Assembly: GCA_035528375.1 (NCBI GenBank)
Contig: DATKYS010000137.1
Coordinates: 10,024-74,023, forward strand
Direction of reading: 5' to 3'
Length of the DNA stretch: 64,000 nucleotides
DNA from: a bacterium
Lineage (GTDB): Bacteria; RBG-13-66-14
Shown: in pieces, positions 15,331-25,475 of the stretch
How the letters are laid out: each line of letters starts with the position of its first letter
How positions within the stretch are numbered: position 1 is the first letter of the stretch
The notes under the pieces: model-generated
The model's database searches: none
What the model was told of the DNA's origin: nothing
The model's input: the letters and a program-made list of their open reading frames with translations, nothing else
Program-made: the position numbers and the translations under genes

Positions 15331-16194
15331 ATGCGCACCGTTTCAACGATAATCCTCGCGGCCTTTCTCGCCGCCGCCGCCCGGCCCTGCGCCGTCGAAA
15401 AAACGGCGCCGACGCCCTCCTCCCCCTACGTCCTCCTGGTCGCCGACGAGGAGGACGGGGTGGACTTCCCCCAGCACTTTTACACGGGCTACGAGACCCT
15501 CCTGGACGCGCTGGGCGTAGAGTACAATCTCTGGGACCACGACGACAGCGGCGAGCCGGCCACGGACGACCTGGCTCCCTACGACGTGGTCATCTGGGTG
15601 ACCTGCAATTCCTGCGGGCGCCCCGCCTCGGACCCCGTTTACGGCCACTCGGCCCTGTCCCCGGCCGAGGAGGAGACCCTGCGGCAGTGGCTGGCGACCG
15701 ACGGCGGTCGGGGGCTGATGCTCTCCGGGATGTGGATAGCCTGGAACTGCGTCGCCGACGCCGACTCCGAGGACCAGATGCCCAGCCCCTTCTTCGATTG
15801 GTTCGTCGGCCTGGACTACCCCCGCGACAACTTCACCGACTGGATCGAGGTGGACGACGACTGGTCCCTCGAACCCACGGATAGCGCCCGGCTCATCACC
15901 GAATCCTACGACATCAAGTGGGTGAGCGTAGAGAATTTCCCCGACCAGCTCGAGTCCGCCGTGGGGTGGACCGAGGCCCACTGGACCGACCCCGACGGCG
16001 TCCATCACCACAAGGCCGTCATCGCCAACGAGGGCTGCAACTGGCGCACGGTTCTGTTCGCCTGCCCCCTGGAGGCCGTTTCCGGGGAGGCCAACCGCCG
16101 GGACATCCTGGACCGGGTGCTGGTGTGGTTCATGGAGGGTGAGGAAAACGTGGTCGAGTCTAGCTGGGGGGAGATAAAGGCGCGGGAGTGGTAG
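15331..16194 (+). CDS. secreted alpha/beta protein (GATase1/ThuA-like pattern) ending in an SWGxIKA tail
   Basis: Signal peptide MRTVSTIILAAFLAAAARPCA. YVLLVADEED, LAPYDVVIWVT and LATDGGRGLMLSG alternate like a class-I amidotransferase-like fold. Ends VVESSWGEIKAREW*. Confidence 0.7.
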   Translation: MRTVSTIILAAFLAAAARPCAVEKTAPTPSSPYVLLVADEEDGVDFPQHFYTGYETLLDALGVEYNLWDHDDSGEPATDDLAPYDVVIWVTCNSCGRPASDPVYGHSALSPAEEETLRQWLATDGGRGLMLSGMWIAWNCVADADSEDQMPSPFFDWFVGLDYPRDNFTDWIEVDDDWSLEPTDSARLITESYDIKWVSVENFPDQLESAVGWTEAHWTDPDGVHHHKAVIANEGCNWRTVLFACPLEAVSGEANRRDILDRVLVWFMEGEENVVESSWGEIKAREW

Positions 16195-16198
16195 GCGC

Positions 16199-16660
16199 AT
16201 GGGGTACATCTTCACCATCGGTTACGAGGGCGCGTCCCTCGTTTCTTTTATCGGGACGCTCGAGCGCGAAGGTATAGCGACGCTCCTCGACGTCCGGCGC
16301 GACCCCTGGTCCCGCCGGCCCGAATTCCGAAAGCGCGGGCTGGAAGAGGCCCTGGCCGTCGCCGGCATCGCCTACCGCAACGAGCCCCGGCTCGGGGTGC
16401 CGAGGGACATCCGGGAGCGCTTCCGCGACGGAGCGGCTCCGGAAATTTTCGCCGCCTGGTACGCCGCCGAGGTGCTGGCCAAAAACACAGACCTGCTGCG
16501 GGAGCTGTCTGAATCAGTAAAGTCAACGCCGACCGCCCTTCTGTGCTACGAGGCCGACCCGGCCCGCTGCCACCGGGCTCTTCTGGCCCTGGAGCTCGCC
16601 CGCCTGACCGGCCTTCCCGTCCGCCACCTCGCCCCGGCGACCGCGGCGGAGCAGCCGTAA
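16199..16660 (+). CDS. DUF488 family protein
   Basis: IFTIGYEG...LLDVRR...RRPEF...LLCYEADPARCHRALLA matches the DUF488 pattern. Confidence 0.8.
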   Translation: MGYIFTIGYEGASLVSFIGTLEREGIATLLDVRRDPWSRRPEFRKRGLEEALAVAGIAYRNEPRLGVPRDIRERFRDGAAPEIFAAWYAAEVLAKNTDLLRELSESVKSTPTALLCYEADPARCHRALLALELARLTGLPVRHLAPATAAEQP

Positions 16661-16735
16661 AATTTGGAACTCCGATCCGCCGTCCTTCGTTTAAATTACT
16701 GATTTGCCACCCCGAACGCGAAGGAAGTGAGCTAG

Positions 16736-18268
<1,533 letters not shown>

Positions 18269-18290
18269 GACCCGAAGGGAAGGGGGAGAC

Positions 18291-18677
18291 GTGCGCCGTT
18301 TCCGGTGGATAATTGCCCTGGCGGCGATCGTGCCCGCGGGGGTGCTCCTGGCCAACATCGCGGAGCCGGCGGGGCCGATCGTCGGCTGGGACCAGGTGGG
18401 ACCCGTTCTCGCCGGGAGCTGCAAGAGCTGCCACGACGCCGAGCTGGCGCTGGGCGGGGTGAACCTGTCCTCCTACGAGGCGGCGTTGTCCGGGGACAGC
18501 CCCCCCGCCGTCCCCTACGACATGGGCTCGCCGCTGGTCCGGGTGCTGACCGAGGCGCCCCGCTCGGGGATGCGGGGACCCGACCACACCGCCCTCCTCT
18601 CCGCGAAGGAGAAGGACCTCGTCTTCGACTGGATCGAGTGGGGCTGCTACGAGGTGAGCTGGGGCGGGTTGGATTGA
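18291..18677 (+). CDS. small exported protein with CxxCH heme-binding motif (PSCyt1-like cytochrome c domain)
   Basis: GTG start after GGGGGAG. TM/signal segment IIALAAIVPAGVLLA. CKSCHD followed by LALGGVNLSSYEAAL...LSAKEKDLVFDWIEWG. Confidence 0.6.
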   Translation: MRRFRWIIALAAIVPAGVLLANIAEPAGPIVGWDQVGPVLAGSCKSCHDAELALGGVNLSSYEAALSGDSPPAVPYDMGSPLVRVLTEAPRSGMRGPDHTALLSAKEKDLVFDWIEWGCYEVSWGGLD

Positions 18678-18705
18678 CCACGCTGACGGTCGTTGAGCGG
18701 AAAGT

Positions 18706-18731
18706 GTCGGGATTGTTCCCGACCCTTTTTG
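18706..18731 (+). terminator. rho-independent terminator
   Basis: GTCGGGA-TTGT-TCCCGAC-CC-TTTTTG. Confidence 0.7.
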
Positions 18732-18763
18732 TCATGGTCTCGGGGGCGATGTGCGCCTGGAGA

Positions 18764-18895
18764 GCGGGCCGACCTAAACGGCGTGCCGTCGGTCGGCCCC
18801 TACGAGGGTGATGTGCAGTTCAATAAATTCCCGTAGGGTGGGGGCTGAATACCCTGCCTGTTAATTCGCTCCCCTCCCCGACCCGCTCTCCACGG
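18764..18895. repeat. REP-like cluster C including the 43-bp element
   Basis: GGGCCGACCTAAACGGCGTGCCGTCGGTCGGCCCCTACGAGGG (18766-18808), a degenerate GTAGGGTGGGGGCTGAATACCCTGCC, and a CTCCCCTCCCCGACCCGCTCTCC fragment. Confidence 0.75.
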
Positions 18896-18919
18896 CCGAA
18901 TTGATATCCTCCATCATCC

Positions 18920-19591
18920 CTAGAACTGACCGGATTGATCTAGCTGCTCAAGCCTCTGCGTCAGTTCTCTTCTGGTACTTTCAATCTTCATGGACACTTC
19001 GGTGTCGCCCGGATCAATTTCCCTTGCCTTCTCGTAGTAGACGAGCGCCTCTGTAAGGGCGGTGATGGCATGATACTCGGGATTGTCCTCCGGGCTTTCG
19101 GCGGACCAAAAGGACTCGGTTAAAGTGATCAAGAAGGGTGATTCTTCCTCAACGGGTTTTATCTTTGCATCGGCACTCTCGCTCTTTGTGTCCCCCAAGC
19201 CGACATATGCTTCTGCGATCTCCGGGTTGTCGGAGTTTTCCGCAATCGCTTTAGTCAGATACGCGCTGGCCTCTTCGATATTACCCTCCTTCAGCGCCTC
19301 CCAAAACAGATTCAGATAGTGCTCGTCCAGATTCACACCGCCGACAATGACGAGCACGAGTACGATGGAGACTGCGATTAGCCTAATAGTCGTACCGTTA
19401 CTGCGACGTTGAAGCTCAGCTTTACGAGAAGGCTCCTGGTGGGACGTCAATTTTTCTATTTCTTCGGTGTCCTCCTTTTGTTGTTTGACGGACTTGCGAC
19501 CCGTTACGAAGTAGTAGATGTTGAGGAAAATAGCTACGGCCGTGCCCAAGTACTTCAACGTCGTCCCCAGAACGTCTACATTAGTCATCAT
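18920..19591 (-). CDS. two-TM membrane protein with TPR-like C-terminal region, low G+C
   Basis: Start taken at ATGATG after AAGGA. TM helices LGTAVAIFLNIYYFV and LIAVSIVLVLVIVGG. TPR-like EEASAYLTKAIAENSDNPEIAEAYVGLG and ALVYYEKAREIDPGD. G+C is visibly much lower than in flanking genes. Confidence 0.6.
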   Translation of the reverse strand: MMTNVDVLGTTLKYLGTAVAIFLNIYYFVTGRKSVKQQKEDTEEIEKLTSHQEPSRKAELQRRSNGTTIRLIAVSIVLVLVIVGGVNLDEHYLNLFWEALKEGNIEEASAYLTKAIAENSDNPEIAEAYVGLGDTKSESADAKIKPVEEESPFLITLTESFWSAESPEDNPEYHAITALTEALVYYEKAREIDPGDTEVSMKIESTRRELTQRLEQLDQSGQF

Positions 19592-19706
19592 GCGTCCTTT
19601 CAAGAGAAAATAGCAGACCCCTCACCATCATTGTAAATTTTCTTTCTTTAAATATGCAAGAGGGACCGGCTGACCGGTCCCTTATTTTGATTGTTTACGC
19701 AGTTTT

Positions 19707-22421
19707 CTAGCTCGCCCCGCGCTTGTCCTCCACGGCGGCCTGGGCCGCGGCCAGCCGGGCGATGGGCACCCGGTAGGGGCTGCACGAGACGTAGTTGAGG
19801 CCCACGCGATGGCAGAACTTGACGCTCCGGGGCTCGCCGCCGTGCTCGCCGCAGATGCCCACCTTGAGGTCCGGCCTCGCCTTCCGGCCCATCTTGGTCG
19901 CCCAGTCCACCAGCACACCCACCCCCTCCTGGTCGAGCACCTGGAAGGGGTCGTGGGGGAGGATGCCCTTTTTCACGTACATCGGCAGGAACGTCCCCGC
20001 GTCGTCGCGCGAGAGGCCGAAGGTCGTCTGCGTCAGGTCGTTGGTGCCGAAGGAGAAGAACTGGGCCTCGCGGGCAATATCTTCGGCGGTGAGCGCCGCC
20101 CGGGGCAGCTCGATCATCGTCCCCACCTTGTAGTCCACCCGGATGCCTTTTTCGGCAAAAACCTCCTCGGCCGTCGCCACGACCACTCTCTTCTGGTCGG
20201 CAAACTCCTCCCGGCAGCTGGTGAGCGGGATCATGACCTCGGGGCGCGCGTTTATCCCGTTCTTCTTGCACTCGCAGGCGGCCTCGAAAATGGCCCGGAC
20301 CTGCATGGCCGTTATCTCGGGGTAGGCTATGCCGAGGCGGCATCCGCGGAGACCCAGCATGGGGTTGGACTCGTGGAGCTCGATTACCCGGGCCCGGATT
20401 TTCTCCAGCGGTACGCCGACGGCCTGGGCCAGGTCGCGCTGGTCGTCCTCGGTGTGCGGCAAAAACTCGTGCAGCGGCGGGTCCAGGGTGCGGATGGTCA
20501 CCGGCAGCCCGTCCATGGCGGTGAAGATGCCGATGAAGTCCTCGCGCTGGTAGGGCAGGAGCTTGCCCAGGGCCGTCTTGCGCCCCTTCTCGTCGTCGGC
20601 CAGAATCATCTCCCGCATGGCCAGAATCCGCTCGGGGTCGAAGAACATGTGCTCGGTGCGGGTCAGGCCGATGCCCTCGGCGCCGAAGCGCAGCGCCACC
20701 TTGGAATCGTGGGGCGTGTCGGCGTTGGTGCGCACCCCCAGGGTGCGGAGCTCGTCGGCCCAGGCCATGAACTCGCCGAAATCGCCGGTGAGCTCCGGGT
20801 CCCGGGTCGCCACCTGGCCCTGGATGACCTCGCCGGTGGAGCCGTCGAGGGAGAGCCAGTCGCCCTCCTTCAGGGTCTTGCCGGCGGCGGTGAAGCATTT
20901 CTTCGCGTAATCTATGGCGAGGTCGCCGCAGCCGGCCACGCAGCACTTGCCCATCCCGCGGGCTACCACTGCGGCGTGGGAGGTCATCCCCCCGCGGGCG
21001 GTGAGGATTCCCACCGCGGCGTTCATGCCGTGGATGTCCTCGGGGCTCGTTTCCAGGCGGACCAGGATGACCCGCTTGCGCTCGCCGGCCCAGGCCTCGG
21101 CATCGTCGGCGGTGAAGACGATCTGCCCCGTGGCGGCGCCGGGCGAGGCGGGAAGGCCCTTGGCCACGGTGGTCGCCTGATTTTTCGCCTCCTGGTCGAA
21201 GACCGGGTGGAGGAGGTCGTCGAGGCGGTTGGGCTCCACCCGCATGATCGCCTCATCCTTGTTGATGAGCTTCTCCTTCACCATGTCCACGGCGATTTTT
21301 ACCGCGGCGGCGGCGGTGCGCTTGCCCCGCCGGGTCTGTAGCATCCAGAGCCGGTCCCGCTCGATGGTGAACTCCACGTCCTGCATGTCTTTGTAGTGCC
21401 GCTCCAGCTTAGCGCGGATCTCCTCCAACTGCCGGTAGACCTCGGGCATCAGCTCTTCGAGGGAGGGGAACTTGGTCCGGCGCTCATCCTCGCCGATGCC
21501 GTTGCCCGCGGCCCATTCCCGGCTGCCGGGGCGGCTTATCTGCTGCGGCGTGCGTATCCCCGCCACCACGTCCTCGCCCTGGGCGTTGACGAGGAACTCG
21601 CCGTAGAAGTAGGCGTGGGCGCCGGTGGCCGGGTTGCGGGTGAAGGCCACCCCGGTGGCCGAATCGTCGCCCAAATTGCCGAAGACCATGGTCTGCACGT
21701 TGACCGCGGTGCCCCAGTCGTCGGGGATGCCGTTGAGCTTGCGGTATGTGACGGCGCGGGGGGTCTCCCAGGAGCCGAAGACGGCGCCTATCGAGGCCCA
21801 GAGCTGCTCTTTGGGATTCGTCGGGAACTCCTCGCCCAGCTCCCGCCGGTAAATTTCCCTGTACCGCCCGACCAGCCTCTCCAGGTCGGCCGCGTCCAGG
21901 TCGGTGTCCAGCTCGACGCCCTTGGCGTCCTTGGCCTTCTGGAGGTCGTGCTCGAAGTTTTCCCGGTCCACGCCCCGGACCACGTCGGCGAACATCTCGA
22001 TGAAGCGGCGGTAGGAATCCCAGCCGAGGCGCGCGTTGCCGGTGGACGCGATGAGGCCCCGGACAGTCTCGTCGTTGAGGCCGAGGTTCAACACGGTGTC
22101 CATCATGCCGGGCATGGAGACCCGGGCGCCGGAGCGCACGCTGAACAGAAGCGGGTTTTTCGCATCGCCGAAACGCTTACCCAGAATCTTCTCGGTGGCC
22201 GCGAGCGCCCGATCAACCTGGGACTCCAGGTCGGCGGGGTAGGTCTTGTCGTTCTCGTAATAACCCGTGCAGACCTCGGTGGTGATGGTGAAGCCGGGGG
22301 GGACGGGGATGCCGAGGCTCGACATCTCGGCCAGGTCCGCGCCCTTGCCGCCCAGGAGGTCCCTCATTTTGGTCGAGCCCTCGGCCTTCCCGGCGCCGAA
22401 GGTGTAAACGTACTTCGCCAT
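19707..22421 (-). CDS. ppdK: pyruvate, phosphate dikinase
   Basis: MAKYVYTFG...GGKGADLAEM. Phosphohistidine region GGMTSHAAVVARGMG. PEP-utilising C-terminus GICGEHGGEP. Confidence 0.96.
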   Translation of the reverse strand: MAKYVYTFGAGKAEGSTKMRDLLGGKGADLAEMSSLGIPVPPGFTITTEVCTGYYENDKTYPADLESQVDRALAATEKILGKRFGDAKNPLLFSVRSGARVSMPGMMDTVLNLGLNDETVRGLIASTGNARLGWDSYRRFIEMFADVVRGVDRENFEHDLQKAKDAKGVELDTDLDAADLERLVGRYREIYRRELGEEFPTNPKEQLWASIGAVFGSWETPRAVTYRKLNGIPDDWGTAVNVQTMVFGNLGDDSATGVAFTRNPATGAHAYFYGEFLVNAQGEDVVAGIRTPQQISRPGSREWAAGNGIGEDERRTKFPSLEELMPEVYRQLEEIRAKLERHYKDMQDVEFTIERDRLWMLQTRRGKRTAAAAVKIAVDMVKEKLINKDEAIMRVEPNRLDDLLHPVFDQEAKNQATTVAKGLPASPGAATGQIVFTADDAEAWAGERKRVILVRLETSPEDIHGMNAAVGILTARGGMTSHAAVVARGMGKCCVAGCGDLAIDYAKKCFTAAGKTLKEGDWLSLDGSTGEVIQGQVATRDPELTGDFGEFMAWADELRTLGVRTNADTPHDSKVALRFGAEGIGLTRTEHMFFDPERILAMREMILADDEKGRKTALGKLLPYQREDFIGIFTAMDGLPVTIRTLDPPLHEFLPHTEDDQRDLAQAVGVPLEKIRARVIELHESNPMLGLRGCRLGIAYPEITAMQVRAIFEAACECKKNGINARPEVMIPLTSCREEFADQKRVVVATAEEVFAEKGIRVDYKVGTMIELPRAALTAEDIAREAQFFSFGTNDLTQTTFGLSRDDAGTFLPMYVKKGILPHDPFQVLDQEGVGVLVDWATKMGRKARPDLKVGICGEHGGEPRSVKFCHRVGLNYVSCSPYRVPIARLAAAQAAVEDKRGAS

Positions 22422-22485
22422 GCGGTTGAGCTCCTTAAAAAAATCCGGTGTGGCGTCGGGCGCCAGGTGGATAGGTTTGGAGCGG

Positions 22486-22514
22486 ATGATAGCACAGCGG
22501 GCCCGGAAGGGCAA
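22486..22514 (-). promoter_or_regulatory. sigma70-type promoter candidate for ppdK
   Basis: On the minus strand, TTGCCC-N17-TATCAT about 65 nt upstream of the ATG. Confidence 0.5.
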
Positions 22515-22644
22515 TCCTCGCCGCCGTCGGTGGGAAGGGGCGTCGCCGTCGTCTTGCCGCTTAAAAAAACCGGGACAGTTTCGGATTGGCTGGAGTCGGG
22601 CGGGAAGGATTCGTCGGAGGCGTTGTGTCGTTTCGCCCCTCGCC

Positions 22645-22672
22645 TAAAAGAAACGCCCCGCGGGGGGCGTTT
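22645..22672 (-). terminator. rho-independent terminator after the SGNH gene
   Basis: On the minus strand, ACGCCCC-CCGC-GGGGCGT followed by TTCTTTT. Confidence 0.65.
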
Positions 22673-22701
22673 GAGATCGAAAAAAGTCTTCCGGGTGCGC
22701 A

Positions 22702-23370
22702 TCAGCGGTAGAGGGCCTTTATCCACCCGAAGGTCGCATCGGCGGTGGTCAGCTCCACGCCCTCCAGGGTGGGAATCACGTGGGGGCCGAGGACGTCGTA
22801 GCCGTCCTGGTTGGGGTGGAGTCCATCGCCGTCGTGGTACTGCCGTGGCAGTTGCCCGTCGGCGTCGGCGATCCAGGTGTAGTAGTCCATGCACTCCCAG
22901 CCGTTGGTCGCGCACCAGCTACGGACCCAGGCGTCGAACTCGATGATGTCGTCGAGCTGGGCCTGGGTGTTGTCGCCGTAGCCCACGTCAATGGGCAGCG
23001 TGGTGGCCGGAACCGGCACCGCTCCGATACTCTCGCAGAAATCGGCGATGTCCTGCATGAAGCCCTTCATGGCCTCCAGATCGGTGTCCCCGCCCGTATC
23101 GAAGTAGGCCCCGCATTCCTTGAACGTGACGATGTCCGGACCATACGCCTGCACGTCGGGGAAAACCGACGACTTGTCCGCCTGGAATTCGATTACCTTG
23201 TGAAAATCGTAGTCGGGGAAGAACTCGTCGTAGGTGGGGTAGTGGAACGCCTCGGTGATGGAGGCGCCCAGGAAGACGACCACGGCGTCGTCAAGGTCGG
23301 TTGGTCCGGCTCCGGTGGTGGTGGTGCAGGAGACGCACAGTATGAGGGACAAGAGAAGAATGTTGCGCAT
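22702..23370 (-). CDS. SGNH/GDSL-type hydrolase lipoprotein ending in an FGWIKA tail
   Basis: Lipobox LILCVSC. Block I-like VVFLGASITE and block V DGDGLHPNQDGY. Ends ADATFGWIKALYR*. The longer track ORF 22702..24051 is an out-of-frame extension into gdhA. Confidence 0.8.
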   Translation of the reverse strand: MRNILLLSLILCVSCTTTTGAGPTDLDDAVVVFLGASITEAFHYPTYDEFFPDYDFHKVIEFQADKSSVFPDVQAYGPDIVTFKECGAYFDTGGDTDLEAMKGFMQDIADFCESIGAVPVPATTLPIDVGYGDNTQAQLDDIIEFDAWVRSWCATNGWECMDYYTWIADADGQLPRQYHDGDGLHPNQDGYDVLGPHVIPTLEGVELTTADATFGWIKALYR

Positions 23371-23412
23371 GGGTTCCCCTCCCTTTTCTGACGGTGTTTC
23401 TTTTACGGTTGG

Positions 23413-23441
23413 AGCATAAACCTGCGGCGCGGCGGATTCAA
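23413..23441 (-). promoter_or_regulatory. sigma70-type promoter candidate for the SGNH gene
   Basis: On the minus strand, TTGAAT-N17-TATGCT about 43 nt upstream of the ATG. Confidence 0.45.
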
Positions 23442-23534
23442 GGGAAAAAGGGCCCTCCGATGGAAAGCCCCTCGGCCTTTCGATGCGCCATCGTTGAACG
23501 TGGTTTTCAAGTGCGGACGAAGCCCGTCGAACGT

Positions 23535-23560
23535 AAAAAAGAGGGGCCCGCGGGCCCCTC
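23535..23560 (-). terminator. rho-independent terminator after gdhA
   Basis: On the minus strand, GAGGGGCCC-GCG-GGCCCCTC followed by TTTTTT. Confidence 0.8.
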
Positions 23561-23579
23561 GTGCTCAGGCGCGATAGGA

Positions 23580-24836
23580 CTACACCCAGCCGCGGAGTCT
23601 GACCGCGTCGGCGACGCGCTTGACCGCGACCATGTACGCCGCCAGCCGCATGTGCACGTTCTGCTTTTTGTGCATGTCGTACACGGCGTAGTAGGCGTTG
23701 GTCATCTTCTCGTCGAGCTGCTTCCGCACGTCCGGGAGCGTCCAGTAGTAGTTGTAGGTGCCCTGGACCTGCTCGAAGTAGGAAACGGTCACGCCACCGG
23801 CGTTGGCCAGGAAGTCGGGGATGACGTGGATGCCGTTCTTGTGCAGGATGACGTCGGCGTCCGGTGTCGTCGGGCCGTTGGCCAGCTCGCAGGAGATCTT
23901 GCACTTGATCTTGGCCGCGTTCTCCTTGGTGATGACGTTCTCCAGGGCCGAGGGGTAGAGGACGTCCACGGGCAGCTCGAGGAGCTCCTCGTTGGATATC
24001 TTCTTCTCGGCCTTGGGGTAGGTGGTGACGGTGCCCTTCTCGAGCTTCCACTTCACCAGGTCGTGCGGATCGAAGCCCGCGGCGGAGTAGATGCCGCCTC
24101 TCGAATCGGACACGGCGACCAGCTTGCCCCCGCCCAGAACTTCCTTGTGGAGGGTGGCGGCGAACTGGCCCGCGTTGCCGAATCCCTGGACGGCATAGGT
24201 GGCCTTGGCCGGGTCAATCTTGAATATCTTGCAGGCCTCGCGGACGGTGAAGATGCCGCCGCGGGCGGTGGCGTCACCGCGGCCCTGGGATCCGCCGAGC
24301 TCCAACGGCTTGCCGGTGATGACGGCGGGGTGGTTGCGGCCGACGATGGTCTCGTACTCATCCATCATCCAGGCCATGATCTGGGGGGTGGTGTAGACGT
24401 CGGGGGCGGGGACGTCACGGTGCTCGCCCAGCTCGCGGGCGATGACGCGCATCCAGCCCCGGGCCAGCCGCTCCTTTTCACCATCGGAGAGCTCTTTGGG
24501 GTTGCAGGTCACGCCGCCCTTGGCGCCGCCGAGGGGGATGTCCACCACGGAGCACTTCCAGGTCATCCACGCCGCCAGGGCGCGGACGGTGTCTATGGTC
24601 TCGTCCGGGTGCCAACGGATGCCGCCCTTGCCCGGGCCACGGGCGTCGTTGTACTGGACGCGGTAGCCGTGGAAAACCTTGGTCTTCCCGTTGTCCATTT
24701 TCACCGGGATGGTGAATTTGTACTCGCGGCGGGGCCAGCGCAGGATCTCGCACATGGGGGCCTCGAGGCCGAGCTTCTTGGCGGCCTCGTCGAACTGGGC
24801 CTGGGCGATCTTGAAGGGATTGAGTTCTTCGGCCAT
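23580..24836 (-). CDS. gdhA: glutamate dehydrogenase
   Basis: Glu/Leu/Phe/Val dehydrogenase signature PLGGAKGG. Rossmann motif VQGFGNAGQ. Typical length of 418 aa. Confidence 0.95.
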   Translation of the reverse strand: MAEELNPFKIAQAQFDEAAKKLGLEAPMCEILRWPRREYKFTIPVKMDNGKTKVFHGYRVQYNDARGPGKGGIRWHPDETIDTVRALAAWMTWKCSVVDIPLGGAKGGVTCNPKELSDGEKERLARGWMRVIARELGEHRDVPAPDVYTTPQIMAWMMDEYETIVGRNHPAVITGKPLELGGSQGRGDATARGGIFTVREACKIFKIDPAKATYAVQGFGNAGQFAATLHKEVLGGGKLVAVSDSRGGIYSAAGFDPHDLVKWKLEKGTVTTYPKAEKKISNEELLELPVDVLYPSALENVITKENAAKIKCKISCELANGPTTPDADVILHKNGIHVIPDFLANAGGVTVSYFEQVQGTYNYYWTLPDVRKQLDEKMTNAYYAVYDMHKKQNVHMRLAAYMVAVKRVADAVRLRGWV

Positions 24837-25031
24837 CTATCAGCTCCTTGGAGGTTCAGATGGTTGCGGTGTTACGGGCGCCTGAAGGGGGGCGCCGAAT
24901 TCCCCCCGGCCTTCGGGGACCGGTTGTTTACACGAAGCTTATAAATCCTCTCCGCTGAGCCGCCGGGGCGGTTCTCCCCGTGTCCCCCCGGCAACGGCGC
25001 CGAAAGCGGTATGATTCCTAATCAGCGACCG

Positions 25032-25373
25032 CTACTCCTTCTTCTTCCACCGTCTCGTGCGGATAATCTCGCCGTTCCCGCGCCAGAAGATGATGACGCC
25101 CAGGAGAAATCCCAGGTCGTAGGCCCACCCCACGTTGGCCGCCTCATAGACCTTTACCGTGTCCGTGAACAGCGAGATGATGAAGCTAAACAAGAGGATG
25201 AATCCGTGCCAAAGACCGGCCCAGAAGTCGGCGGGGCTATCACCGTTGAAATGCTCCACGTTCCCCGCCGCGCATCCGGCGAACGTCAGGGTGACGCCCG
25301 CCAGAACCAATATGCAGAATACCCGGCGCAGTCGGGCCCGTCTGGTTTTTGGGGGGTTGAGTTCTTCGGACAT
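25032..25373 (-). CDS. small membrane (lipo)protein, unknown function
   Basis: MSEELNPPKTRRARLRRVFCILVLAGVTLTFAGCAAG has a lipobox-like LTFAGC. Two further TM helices. The leader and first 7 codons resemble those of gdhA. Confidence 0.6.
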   Translation of the reverse strand: MSEELNPPKTRRARLRRVFCILVLAGVTLTFAGCAAGNVEHFNGDSPADFWAGLWHGFILLFSFIISLFTDTVKVYEAANVGWAYDLGFLLGVIIFWRGNGEIIRTRRWKKKE

Positions 25374-25475
25374 GTGCTCGTTCCTCGAAGGTTCAGCGGG
25401 TCGCGGTTTCAGGGACGTCGTTACTGATGACCCTCTCCGCCCCTTTAAACTCGATGACCGACCGCGCTCTTCCTC

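Noticed and set aside
23371-24051. Upstream extension of track ORF 22702..24051
   Set aside because: The SGNH lipoprotein starts at its signal peptide (ATG 23370). The extension crosses a terminator, a promoter and the 3' end of gdhA in a wrong frame.
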